Assembly: GCF_006345805.1 (NCBI RefSeq)
Contig: NC_043011.1
Location: 17,992,464-18,056,463 of the forward strand
Length of the DNA: 64,000 nt
From: Octopus sinensis
Lineage: Eukaryota
Direction: 5' to 3'
Part shown: positions 10,527 to 24,506 of the stretch, piece by piece
Numbering within the stretch: position 1 is the stretch's first letter
How the letters are laid out: each line of letters begins with the position of its first letter
Notes under the pieces: model-generated
The model's input: the letters and a program-made list of their open reading frames with translations, nothing else
Database searches by the model: none
Told to the model about the DNA's origin: nothing
Made by a program: the position numbers and the translations under genes

Positions 10527-10578
<52 letters not shown>

Positions 10579-10705
10579 TATATATAATATATATATGTAT
10601 ATAATATATATATATACACACACATAAATGTGTATATATACATATACACGTGTGTGTGTGTGCGTACGAACGTGTGTTCGTGTGTGTGTGTGTGTGTGTG
10701 TGTCG
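10262..10705. repeat. Compound microsatellite (CA)n-(TA)n-(TG)n
   Basis: Direct reading; explains ORFs 10314-10816. Confidence 0.95.
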
Positions 10706-11869
10706 GTATTTTGTGTGCTTTGTATAAAGGGAATACATTCTGTAGCATCTAATACGTTCGGACTGCTTGTTTACGTCATTTTCTGTATCAGATGGAACAA
10801 GGAGAAAACTTTTTGATTATTCAGTTTAAACTTTCTTTTGGAAACCTGAAATATTCACATCTCATTATTCCAAATTTCTCCTTTTCTATCTTGGAACAAC
10901 TATTCAATCTTTAGTAAGAAGTTTATCACATGACAAGTGATACTTTAGATGATAGAAATAAATTTACGTTATTTTATGCATTATTTCATAGACTACTAAA
11001 TAAAACAGCTTTCAGGAAATCTTTATGTTGTGAGTTCATGTTGAATAAAATAGATAATTGCAAAGATGACTAGAATATGAAGAGATTTTTAATAAAAACA
11101 TTCTGTTTCACGACCCTGTATTAAAACTGAGATGGGACGTTTTTAAGAATTCAGTTTCGTCTTTCAGGTTCATATTTTAAGTCTTTCAGGTTCATATTTT
11201 AATAACAATATTTGCAAGTTTTCTTTCCAATACTGAACTCTCTGATACTGTGTTGTACACACTTTACCTCAATAGATTACCCTCTATTGCAACCCATGCA
11301 TATAATGCATTTCAGAATGCATTGCAGTAAGGTATCAACAGTAAAAATCTAGAACTAGAACATAACCATTTTCTGTGAATGTGTAATCAGGAATTTTTGA
11401 AGGACTGATGGAGAGAAAAGAAGCCTGGTACATCTCCATGTTGTGTTTGACCCACTGCCAGGAAGTAGTTTGAGCAGATAATACATTGTCGGGTCATCCA
11501 CAAGACGCCGAACGTAACAATATCAAAAGACATTTCCAGATCGTAGAAAATTAGAAAGGATATTCCTGTCTGTTCCTGTTTCTTTTATTTGCTGTTACCT
11601 TTGTGTTGCAGTGCGTATAACGGTTTGAAATGAGGGGAGGAACTATGTCGTGATAACCAGGAAACGGGTTTAAATGATTCTTGCCTAAAACGTTTTCTTA
11701 CGTTAGCGATCAATTATATTCTGTGATCACTCCTACATCATCTTCAATCTCTCTACTTGTTATGAAAAATTCTCTATATTCATTTGGGTCTCGCTCTATA
11801 TCAAGTCGGATCTGGTGCAACTTGTAGGTACATAGTTGTACCTTTATATTTTTCTTATACAGAACTTTA

Positions 11870-12457
11870 TAGGCGCAGGAGAGGCTGTCTGGTAAGTAGC
11901 ATGCCGTCCAACCACATGGTTCAGGGTTCATTACCCCTGCGTGCCACCTTGGGTAATTGCCTTCTACAATAGCTTCGGGCTGACCAAAGCCATGTGAGTG
12001 GATTTGGTAGATGGAAACTGAAAGAAGTCCGTCGTATATGTGTTTATATATATATATATATATACTAGCATCATAGCCCGGCGATGCCCGGGTATGTAAG
12101 AGCCCCTAGTAGGCAACGACTAATCCCAATCTAGTTCTTTCCCTCTAGGGAACGAAGGCGCATGTGTAGGTTGCAATGTTTTCTCTTCACTCGAATACTT
12201 CTATGTATACGATGTTCCTAGCTGTCTCCCGACAGAAAATGTTTTGCATATTAAAAAAGCTTAGATTCTCGACCCCATGTCGAATTTATTGATTTTTTTC
12301 AGAACTGGGGGAGCTTTTCAAAACTTTCGCTGCGTTAGTTTTGAATTATGACAGTGGGCTATGTGTGTGTCAAGTTTCATCAGAATCGGTTGAAAGCCGT
12401 GGTCAGGGTGAAGGTACAACCTGACGGCCACACAGACACACAGACAGACAAACTGCC

Positions 12458-12517
<60 letters not shown>

Positions 12518-12750
12518 ATATGTATGTATGTATATATGTATGTATGTGTGTGTGTGTGTATGTTTGTCCCTACAACATCGCTTGACAACCGATAGTGGTG
12601 TGTTTACGTCCCCGTAATTTAGCGGTTTGGCAAAAGTGACCGATAGAATAAGTACTAGGCTTATGAAGAATAAGTCCTGGGTTCGATCTGCTCGACTAAA
12701 GGCGATGTTCCAGCATGGCCACTGTCAAATGACTGAAACAATTAAAAGAT
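11870..12750 (+). mobile_element. tRNA-derived composite SINE (taggcgcagga... family), split by a Helitron-like insertion
   Basis: 5' half 11870-12040 and 3' half ~12550-12750 match the uninterrupted copy at 33401-33812. Confidence 0.85.
12063..12462 (+). mobile_element. Non-autonomous Helitron-like element (Lep1-like termini)
   Basis: 5' TACTAG..cccggcgatgcccggg; 3' aagtttcatcagaatcggtt..., subterminal hairpin gccgt..tcagg/cctgacggc, (acag)n, ends in (TA)n; no TIR or TSD seen. Confidence 0.6.
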
Positions 12751-13499
12751 TAGAAGAGAACTATTTTTATTTTGCCAACTAATATTCCGGAACTTGTCCA
12801 TTGTCTCCATAAATGTCTTCCATTACCAAGGATACACTTTAAGAAAATCGTTTATAATAGTAAGAAGATCTTTTGCATGAGTAAGACCTATCATATGAAA
12901 TAAATCAATTTTAAATACTTTTATCCACGTGTAATGCTCAAAACATGATAGATTGCCTTGCGTATATAATTACGTACCTGTCAGATATGTTGATTAACGT
13001 GATAAGAATACTGAGGTCTATCAATCTGAGAAAATGGTATTTACTGATAGAAGGTGTAGAAATCAGTACTACGTTATTGTATAATTTTAATGAGAGAAAG
13101 CGTAATATTACTCGAAATATAACGTGTCATAATTTGTTTGCTTTTTTGAAATTCAGGATTTGAGCTTAAAATTATTCTTAGCATAATGCATTTTTGTAGA
13201 GAAGGTATACTCTATATTCCGTACTAAAAGAAAGTTACATTTTCTCTAGTTTTTCTATTCGAGTGTGATATTAGTTATATATTTTATTTATTATATTTTA
13301 TTACATTCTATTAGATAAAATTTGACACTGCTAGTTGTTAACCCAGATTATATTTCTTTAGCCACGTAATAAAGTTATGTTGTCTTACCAGGTGAATCTG
13401 ATAATCGCAGAATTGTCAAACGTTTATTTTGTGCACATGAATGCTTGCAGACGTGCTTGATTCGAACCGTATTTCCAAGGATTAAATTTATTTGCACTT

Positions 13500-13868
13500 T
13501 ACTCTTTTTACTCTTTTTTTTTACTCCATGCTGGAGAACCTTATTTAGTCGAGCAAATCGACCCCAGGACTTATTATTTGTTAGCCTAGTACTTATTCTA
13601 TAGGTCTCTTTTGCAGAACCGCTAAGTTGCAGGGACGTAAACACACAAGCATCGGTTGTCAAGCGATGTGGGGGAAACAAACACAGAAACACAAACATAT
13701 ATACGACGGGCCTTTTTCAGTTTCCGTCTACCAAACCCACTCACAAGGCTTTGGTCGGCCCGAGGCTATAGTTGAAGACACTTGCTCAAGGTGCCACGCG
13801 GGGGGACTGAGCCGGGAGCCATGTGATTAGTAAGCAAGCTACTTACCACACAGCCACTCCTGCACCTA
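13500..13868 (-). mobile_element. tRNA-derived composite SINE, full length, short internal spacer
   Basis: Reverse complement matches 33401-33812 head and tail. Confidence 0.88.
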
Positions 13869-14277
13869 TGAAACGAAAAAAAAAGTTCAAAATCGCTCCT
13901 AATCTTTTGTACATTTTCATATGTTCAAGAAGTAAATCCGAAAGTTTTGTCTATATAATTTCCAGCTGTATTAACAAAGAAAATTTACACCAGCTATGTC
14001 CATCTTTCTGATTGCTTTCCACTTCACCAAAAGATGCTGTCTCTGTTGACTCAGGTGTATATGGTGGACATGTGAATTTAGTGATGGCTTCAGCAGTTTG
14101 TTTACATTATTTTCTGTTTTATTTTAGAATGTTTACACTTTTGTAAACTTCAATCTTATGCATGCTTACACAAGACACTGACAAACTGACAATCACAAAA
14201 CTGTATATATGTAGCTATGTATACGTATATATATATACACACACACACACACATACACATAATTATATATATATGTT

Positions 14278-14505
14278 CAGCAAAAATTTAGATTCAAATG
14301 AATATGGTACTTAATTTAGATGCAACAGAATTCTCTATGGTGTTATCCATAAAAATCCGTGGGGTGATTATAATCAAAATAAGCAACAAGAATGACTCCC
14401 GTAATTTGGTACGATCGTTTCGGACTACATCATTTTTTAATAAAATGATGTAGTACGAAACGATCGTACAAAATTACCGGAATCATTCTTGTTGCTTATT
14501 TTGAT
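14278..14505. mobile_element. Neptune pLTR-derived non-autonomous element ending in a 133-bp foldback
   Basis: 14300-14324 vs 4496-4520 23/25 identical; gtggggtgattataa shared; 64-bp arms (14373-14436 / 14442-14505) with 4 mismatches; followed by (TA)n. Confidence 0.85.
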
Positions 14506-14507
<2 letters not shown>

Positions 14508-14596
<89 letters not shown>

Positions 14597-14597
14597 C

Positions 14598-14634
<37 letters not shown>

Positions 14635-14646
14635 GAGATAGATATA
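14508..14646. repeat. (TA)n-(GATA)n microsatellite
   Basis: Direct reading. Confidence 0.95.
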
Positions 14647-14799
14647 TCCGAATAAATAGTTACATCCCTATAGATATGTGATTTTCAGTGTCTCGTATAT
14701 GCGTGCGCATAATATTGAAGTTTATACACACACACATATTATACTAGACACAGGCACACACAAAAATGTGTATGAGTGAGTGAATGTTTGTGCTTGAGT

Positions 14800-14853
<54 letters not shown>

Positions 14854-15152
14854 ATGAAAAGAATTAGTTAGCGAACCATTAAAGAAATATTTTTGAAGAA
14901 CAGAATTACAAGATCCTTCTGGGCTAATCGGTGTACAGACTCTAGCCCAAAACCAGTATGTTTGAAATGATATGTTGAACAACGAAAGTGATTACATAGG
15001 GTGCACGAAATATCAAAGTTCATGGAATCGATTTCTTTTTTCTATTCCTAATTTTAAATAGTTCGAAGCATTTAAGAAAATTCTTTCTTTCAATATCGTG
15101 ACAGTGAATTGCCTTTTTTCATTTACATATATGTATGCATGTAAGTATGCAC

Positions 15153-15283
<131 letters not shown>

Positions 15284-15294
15284 GAATATATATA

Positions 15295-15515
15295 TTCTTT
15301 GCTATTTCACTTGTTTCAGTCGTTTAAATGCAGCCATGCTACAGCACAACCTTTAGTCGAACAAATCGACCCGAGGACTTATTGTTTGTACGGTTGTACG
15401 TATTCTATCTTCTCTTTTGCCGAACCGCTCGGTTACGGGAACATAAACGCACTAACATCGGTCGTGAATCGATGGTAGGTGGACAAACACAGACACAGAC
15501 ACACACGCACACACG

Positions 15516-15591
<76 letters not shown>

Positions 15592-15759
15592 ACGAGCTTC
15601 TTTTAGTTTCCTTCTTTCACCCAATCCACTTACAAGGCTTTAGTTTGGGCCCTGAATATAGTAGAAGACACTTGCCCAAGGTGCCACATAGTGGGACTGA
15701 AACCGAAACAATGTTGTTCGGAGGCAAATGCCTTACCACGCAGCCACTTCTGCACCTAT
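15295..15759 (-). mobile_element. tRNA-derived composite SINE with expanded internal (CA)n(TA)n
   Basis: Both halves match the 33401 family in reverse. Confidence 0.85.
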
Positions 15760-16373
15760 ATATATATATGCTCAAGATAGAAGTTGTTGGCTCGAAAACT
15801 CTAAAGTGCTATGTATTCATGTAAATAATATATGATGCATAAAGAACTATTATATTTACTTTGAAAGGAATATCCTTTGACATTATTACAGTAATGCTAA
15901 GACGAATTTTGCACTTCTTAGACAAACAATTTATTGGAATATTACGTGAGTTCCTCATTGCATATCAAACTGCCAGCATCTATTATAAACTTGTCGTCGT
16001 AACATGTAATTTACGATGCCGAAGACTAACTTTTAAAATTTTTTCGTCCTTTTTATATTCAGCATATTCTACATATTTATCGTTTTCTCATTCGCATTTA
16101 TATTTATTGTGTCGATTATTCGCTGAAAGTTTTACGTGCAGATCCTATCATGGACCCAATAAACGAAATCAATTTTCTTGTAGTTACGAAGATGAACTCA
16201 TTATGCTGCAAGATACGTAAACACTAATAGGTTATTACTCAACTCAGAGTTTTGCTTTGTCCATACTAAAAGATAAATAATATCCTTTATTCATACACTG
16301 ATTCTGACCCACCTACAGTGTATTGTTGCATATACACAAAAGCATATATATGTGCGGGGTTGTGAGTGAGTCA

Positions 16374-16427
<54 letters not shown>

Positions 16428-18215
16428 GTGAGTGTGTGTGTGTGTGCGTGTGTACGCACAAACACACACACACATACATATGTATACAGACATAGAGAGA
16501 ATTTCTAGATACCGAGATATGTTTCATGTGCGGGTGTTTTTCTATGGAAAGTGTGCGTGTGCTTGCGTTTCTGTATCCCTGTTTTTTTTACTTATTCAAT
16601 AAGTATAACAAGATAAATCATCGCAACTGCAGGAAAATCTATAAATCAAAACCGTCTTTACCCTACTGGACAGTAGATTAGTTTTATATTAAGTTATTTA
16701 TTGTTGAATGTTCACCGATGTTTGAAGATATTATATAAGTAGAGCTCACCATATATGTTTCACATGAAATATGCACAGATTGCATTTTAACAAAATTTGA
16801 TTTATTTACGTATGCCAACGAATGTTATAGGCCACGCACTTTGTATATAATAAAATTTGTAGTGTCAATAATCATTGTTATATTCCTGTTCAATTTACAC
16901 CAACTATGATCTTTTACATTTATAATCAAGTTTATTCCGTCCATGACCATCACTTTATTTGCCATTGTATTTTTTATTCGAACAACATTAACTAATGCAA
17001 CCCTGGCTATTATTTCAAGCCAGTTACAGGATATCATTAGCTTTTCATCACTACCATGCCAACAGGTCAACATAACGAAGCTACATTTTACTATGACGGA
17101 TGTTCAACACAGATAAGGTTGCTTCTCATTTGAACTGCTGCAGTATTTAATTGCATCTGAGAAGCAGTATAATTTTTATGTAATTTTAACTAGTGCGTAC
17201 CAACATGGTATATTTCAATAGTTTTAATTCTAACCGTGACCAAAAGTTAGTTCGGAATTCTTGGGTAATTTTTATTCTTAATTTGTAACAATATAACTCC
17301 TCTCGCAGCTAGATTGGATTGTATTACTTCAACGTATGTTTCTATTAACTATTTGAACGCCGTTCTTATTTAAGAGTCCATAGTATTCCCGATGAATATA
17401 ACTGAGGACATGTAAGAAGACACGACTTAATTAAGGTATGTATTCTAAAACTAATTGCAGACCTACTATGTTTTTAAATCTACGTCATTACCGGTTTTTT
17501 TGCCGAATTTAAAAGATTTTGCTCACTACTAGTATGCAATATCCAAACAGATATATCTTTATTATATGTATTTTACTAAAACTGGAAACAAGGAAATGAA
17601 TGGAATAATCGGAATCTCATACTCATGCTACAAATGTCTTTAAACGGAAGCTTATACCTTTATATCATTGGGTTTATAAGTTCCTACGTATCCATCACTG
17701 ACATTGAATTTCTCCACATCTCAAATTCAATATTTCCATTTAAGGAAACATAAAACAAAATTTATTATGTTGCTTCTTTTACATATATCGGTATCATTTC
17801 GTCCATAAATATATGGAAGAATTTTGCTTTAAAATATATTTTAAAATAGATTCAATATTTTATCGATGGATTCTTTAGCCTACGCTGTTTCTTTGTTACT
17901 GTATTAACAGTACGGCAAGGCTAAAAGAGAGATGATAATTACTCATACGCACACAGACATGCAGACAGATTTTATATCCTTTTCGCTTTATTTTCTGGTT
18001 TCAGTTGACAGCAGGATGTCTGTTGCAACGCCTTCATATGTGAACTGAATTTGAATCAAGTATATATTTGAATGTCTACAGACTCTGGTAACAAACCTGC
18101 TACGTTACATTTTATATAATGCAGCAGGCCAGGATTTATTTGAACAGAAATAGAGACGGAAACTTATAAAAAACATACATAGTCAAGTCCTGACTTTTAA
18201 ATTATGTGTGTGTGT

Positions 18216-18246
<31 letters not shown>

Positions 18247-18418
18247 CATATGTATATATATATATATATGTACATATATATATATGTGTATGTATATGTA
18301 TGTATATGATATGTACGTATGTATGTATATATGTACGTATATTTGCCTACGTAAATATGAATAAAAATAAACATATATATTGATGTGTGTGATTATGTGT
18401 GTACGTATATATACATAC

Positions 18419-19508
18419 ACAAAATAATAGAAACACCTTAAAATTACCAACTAATGTATTTAACAAAGGTTAGGACCGCCTTTGGCAGTAATTAAAGCTT
18501 GAATCCTACGGGTATTGACTCGTACAAAGTTTCAATTGTTTCTAAACGAATTTTTCACCATTCTTCAGTTACAACAATCTCCAGTTCTTGCAATTGTGAT
18601 GGTGAAGGATATCGACACATTGTTTTTCCAAAATGCACAATACGTGTTCAATAATATTGAGAACCGGGGGCTCTGGTGGCCAGATAAGATATTCAACTTT
18701 ATTAGAGTGTTCCCCGTGCCATCAGTAACAACTTTTGGTTGGAAACCGTTGGGCTTGCAGATTTCCAAGATATTGCCCTCTCCCAAGATCATCACAGATT
18801 CTCCTCCATGTCTAACAGTTGGACGAAGGTAGTCTGGGTCAAATGTTTTATTTGTCTGTCTCCACACGTATATTAGACCGGTGGTCGGAAATAAGGTATA
18901 AGATAAAGGGTGACTCATCCATAAAAATAACATTCTTCCACTGCTGTAAGGACCAATTCTGTAGGATTTTACTCCTCTCTTAACGCTTTGCAACGTTTTT
19001 TTTTAAATCAGTGGTTTTCTGATTGCACTCCTCCATTGAAATCCGGCTTGTGCCGCTCCCGGAGAACAGATTCTGTGGAAACTGGATTCTTGAGGTGGTC
19101 ATTAAGCTCTGCAATAATTTCGGGAGCTGCAATTGTGTGATCCTTTCTAATAATTCGCATAAGAGTCCGACGGTTTTTCCTTCTTTCTCAAAAGCTGTCA
19201 TTACTTTCGAGACAGTACTTCTTGATACAGCAAACATTTCGACCACTGTCTATACGCTAGACCCTGTCATACGATCAGAAACAATTTGACCACTTTGAAA
19301 GTTCGATAGATATGTAATTTTAATGAATTTTAATTACCTTTTTCTGATGGTATCTGAATAGAAACAGCAATTCTATCAAAACATATTAAGGAACACTGAC
19401 AATAATTCAAAAAGACATAAAAGTAAACAATCTGCTGACGGTTTTATAGATATCTCATAATTATGATGCTATGATGCTAGGTGCTTCCATTATTTCATTC
19501 AACCCCTG
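18419..19508 (-). mobile_element. Tc1-family DNA transposon remnant
   Basis: HTH (VEMFAVSRSTVSKVMTAFEKEG), HGGESVMILG motif, TIR ...cattatttcattcaacccctg|TA; same family as 58132-59317; frameshifted and deleted. Confidence 0.88.
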
Positions 19509-19519
19509 TATATATATAT

Positions 19520-19568
<49 letters not shown>

Positions 19569-19569
19569 C

Positions 19570-19602
<33 letters not shown>

Positions 19603-21467
19603 TATATGCTTAACGGAAAGCGAGGAACAATGCTCCATGAGATAGATCATGATCAAAATTAATAGATTATGTCTTGCTGGATCAAAAAGAGTTATGTCTG
19701 TGTTGTCGGATGCTGTCGTGTATCTGAATATAAACGGGGAATTAAAAGCAAGTAAAACTACGTGAGAACGTTAAAAACATCAAGGATGATTACAGACAAC
19801 AATTCATCATGTCTAGATATTTATACATACAATTATATTATTTTCATTATGTAATTATTGTTTCTTTGTCGTATATTTAATATGTTAAATATAGAAAACA
19901 CACATGAGAAATATGAATTTATAAATCATTTCATACATTTTTATCTAAACTGAAGCTCTTTCAGAAAAATTAAATAGATATATATCTTTCTATAGTTGTA
20001 AATATCCGACGTTTTTCCTAATTATTTCCTGCACTTTAGACTATCTACTCTTTCATTTATTATTCATTGAGCTGACAGTTTAGCACAAAATTTCAGTTAC
20101 TGTATTTTTAAAAGACATATTCATATCTGAGTTTAAATACCTAGAATGCTGAAAGTTTGTAAAGCGATCAATTATATCACTTACAAAATGAATGGTGGTG
20201 TATTGCCGAAGTCGTTGAGAACGTTGGATCGAATTCTTTCCAAAGACCTTACTGATTTATTTTATTATCTCTTCTTCTCTAAATAAACTACGATTCTAAT
20301 AAAGGAGTTGGGGCTTTTCTAATGCTTCCTGAAGACATTGGCCGTGCGTAATGGGCACATTACTCGAAACCATTCTCTAGAATGTTATTGCATTTGAGAT
20401 ATACATTCCTCTCATATACAAAATTAAAAAAATAGGAATTACGCTATTAAATGTACATAACGTACAAAGTGCAACAGAATGAAAGAAAAGAAGAGTCAAT
20501 GCCAACATATCAGCCAAGCACAAAAATCATGGAAGTAGCAAACATGAATAATGAATACATAAGCAGTGAAAGAATAAAATATTGACTAGCAAGTTTGTCT
20601 TCAGATGGATTAGAACTCAAAACACCAAACCTAAAACGATCTAACGATTCTCGTAATGTACTCACTATTGTTTACACCAGTACGTGGTCAAATAGATTTG
20701 GGTTAAATAAAAATACTCATCTCATCTCGCCCATCTAACAAATCACGTGCAATAGTAACAACATACTTGTTCACTTCGTATTTATTAAATTGAAGGTGAA
20801 ATTTACTCTAGAAATCAAAGCTTACCTTTTGATGGCCTTGATCATGACACACTTAATTATCTGAACTAAATATTTATTGAATATTATTTTATTTTCTTCC
20901 AATTGCATACAGTTAAATGTAACTTACTTTTAATATGTTTTCATATGGTGACTTAAAATGTACAGCTGAAAACAGTATTCTAAACAGCAACTAGATGAGT
21001 ACCTAAGATATAACGACGGTTTCATGGAATACTGTGAATTCAACCATATGCTGCTTTTATTATTAAATAATTTAAATGAAGAAATTCAGTTCTCTGCGAT
21101 TATTTTATGGAAAGAAGTCGACTAATTAAACCTCTCTGCATTAATCGAAAGGGATTTCTTTACCCTATATACAAAAACAAAAACAAAAAACAAAAGCGGT
21201 AAATCTACAAATGATTAAACAGTTAAAAATAGCTAGCCTTATGAAGTTATTTCACAAAACGTATACATATAAATAGGTTAACGATCGAGTTTTTGCCTCA
21301 GCGCTGTACCTGATGTAAATAGCAAGTATATATTCTTATAATATCCTGTTCGTAAACAGAACATGCTACAGTGAAAGCACTTCTCTACCTTTAGAAGAGG
21401 AATTAATCTCGTATAGAATGACTCTCACCAAATATTTTATTAATAGATTTTACCTTGGGTATACACT

Positions 21468-21907
21468 GACGGTGGCATGTAAATAGCTTCATCTGAACGT
21501 TGTCGATGTCAGGTCCGCCTGATTGGCTCCCGTGCCGGTGGCACGTAAAAAGCGTTGGAATGTGGCCATTGCCAGTTACCCACTCACTGGCTCCCTTGTC
21601 GGTTGTACGTAAAATGCACCATCTGAACGTGGCCGATGCCGGTACCCACTGACTTGCTCCCTTGCCGGTGGAACATAAAAGACACTATATGAACGTGATC
21701 AATGCCAGGCCCGCCTGACTGGCTCCTGCGCCGGTCGCAAGTAAAAAGCACCCACTTCATTCTTGGAGTGGTTGCGTTAGGAATGACTTCCAGCTGTAGA
21801 AACATTGCCAGATCAGATTGGAGCCTTGTGCATCCTTTAGCTCTCTAGACGTCTGTCAAACCGTCCAACCTATGCCAGCATGGAAAACGGACGTTAAACG
21901 ATGATGA
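21468..21907 (+). mobile_element. SINE-like element with five ~66-bp tandem units and a (GAT)n-type tail
   Basis: Units start at 21468, 21534, 21598, 21664, 21730; tail ...catggaaaacggacgttaaacgatgatga. Confidence 0.75.
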
Positions 21908-22189
21908 ATTTGATAAAATTTGAGAGTAACCTGGCGGAGTTATCAATGCTTGAAAGCACTAGCAAATTACACATTTCCAAAATCTGATAATATCGCGAAT
22001 TGCAATACTTTTGAGTTCTTGAATTTATTATTACAATAGAAACCTTGTTAATCAGATGAAAACTGTGATGAGCTATGTGTTTCACTGGGACACTTTCTAG
22101 ACATATATGACATGTTCCTTTGTTAAAGCACCAACATGATTAAAAACACGTGCTCAGTATATTCTTTTCGACTCTGTCCCCCGCAGTAC

Positions 22190-22690
22190 GCCACTGGCAC
22201 TTAATTTATCGACCCGGAAAGGGTGAAAAGTAGAATCGACCTCGGCAGAATTTGAACTCAGAACGTAAAGACAGACGAAGTACCAATTTCTTTACTACCC
22301 ACAAGCGGTTAAACACAGAGAGGACAAACAAGGAGAGACAAACGGATTAAGTCGATTATATCGATCCCAGTGCGTAACTGGTACTTACTTAATCCACGCC
22401 GAAAGGATGAAAGGCAAAGTCGACCTCAGCGGAATTTAAACTCAGAACGTAGCGGCAGACTAAATACCTATTTCTTTACAACCCACAAGGGGCTAAACAC
22501 AGAGAGGACAAACAAGGACAGACAAACGGATTAAGTCGATTAAATCGACTCCAGTGCGTAACTGGTACTTATTTAATCGACCCCGAAAGGATGAAAGGCA
22601 AAGTCGACCTCGGTGGAATTTGAACTCAGAACGGACGAAATACCACAAAGCATTTCGCCCGGCGTGCTAACGTTTCTGCCTGCTTGCTCC
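22190..22690 (-). mobile_element. tRNA-derived SINE (gccttTcatcctttcggggtcgat core) with ~185-bp internal iteration
   Basis: Core at ~22217, ~22402, ~22586; head ggcagaaacgttagcacgccgggcgaaatgc. Confidence 0.85.
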
Positions 22691-24429
22691 AGTCACTATA
22701 TTGTATGATAAATTTCTTCACTTTGTTCACACGAGATATACAAGATGCCGCAAACATTTGCTTTGTTTATGCTATGTAAAACTTTGCCAAAGTGAAATGT
22801 ATGGACCAAACCTTAGTGTTGGTATTTCACATCACCAGTAATACGGTCTCATCATATGGACGGTATTTACAACAGAACTGTAACGGGTTGGTAAACCAAC
22901 GGATAGCTTCTACGCCCTTACCTTAGCATTAAGCTCTAGCGTCCCAGTGTCAAACTGACACATGTCCAGGCATGAAGCACCTAATTCGCGTATCCGCGTA
23001 CGGCTAGGAACAGAACATCAGCCATTATGGTTCCAATTCATTCTGCGTAGAAAATCTTAAAATATACTGTATATTGTACGAAATAAAAAAAGAAATCATT
23101 ATCCTCTCTTTTTCCCAATGTTGAAGAATGTACAATCAAACCAACAAAATACCCTAAAGCTTGATAATAAATCATGTTTTTCTTCTAATATGTACAATGT
23201 TACGGAAAGTTACATATGTAGTTCTGCATATTTTTGCATTATAAAACGGTACGTGAAGCTGGTAAGAAAAAAAGTAAACTTAATTTCCCTTAAAGCCTTA
23301 TATTACTTTCTATTTATCATAATCTGTATGATTTGTCTTTAAGTAAACAGATCTGTAAAGAACGCATATAATTCACTAGAGGCTGATGTATGAAAAAAAA
23401 ACATATTTTCTTAAATACCCAACAAACACTCTACTTTGTTTCTTTTTCCCGCAGTCAAAATTTCGCTATTTAAGACAATTCTATGCGGCAAGGCGTTTTA
23501 AGAAAATCATCAAAACTTTATTATCCTGTGATTGTTTGCTTCAGTAATTCTTCTTGCATAAAATAGTTTTACACACTTAATTTCGTATATAACCGAAATA
23601 TGTTGCTCATGGCACTTTATATTCACAAGTGTACGAAGAGTTTGCAACTTTTTGAGTATTTGGATGTGAAGATTGAGAATTTATCTCATACATAAAATAT
23701 TCTGTACATTGGGATATGAAATGGCTTAATTAAATTCATTTTTGTAGTTGTTTCACACTCTTTGAACTGAATAGCGGTAAATATATTTCCCATGGAAAGT
23801 GAAGTAGCTATTTACGCTCAATTTATATTTTATTTTAACATAGTGTAAGCTTCTTGGAAAGGCCGCAGTCCAATCTTAAATAATTTAATTTTCCTATACT
23901 CACTGTTTACTTTCAAATACTACTTGGATCTACGCTGCATTTCATTACCGAGGGCTCTATAGAGAAGTAACATAAATACTTAGGAAACAATATGTCAACT
24001 GTAGTTATCTTAGACCTGATAAAGGTGAATTATAAATGGTTTCTTATCTAAAAGACCACTGGTTGATAAAAGCTTGCATGATGGCATACAAACAGATCCT
24101 AAATGTTCCTTAAATTACACGGTATAAATGGAGTTTACCTAATTCAGGAAAAGAGAAACCGAATTGTTAACATTATATCACTACCTAATTAAAACAAAGC
24201 GTAAATTGAGCTGTCCAACGAAGTTAGAAGTATTCTCGCCTAGAATATAGTCTATCTATTTTTTCAAATAATCTCTCCTAGAAGGCTCCTGTTATTTAAT
24301 TCTTGTGGCGCAATTGCCGTCCACGATATTTCGTTATTAACAGAGTTAAAAATAAGACACAGTGAGAACGAATTATATTAAGTACTACTTATTTTGCTCA
24401 ACCATGTACACACCCTTATATTTATGTAG

Positions 24430-24506
<77 letters not shown>

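Noticed and set aside
11159-11202. 22-bp tandem duplication
   Set aside because: Simple two-copy slippage with no associated structure.
13960-14100. Two ~40-codon open frames on minus strand
   Set aside because: No recognisable motif and no convincing splice pair; the length is reachable by chance.
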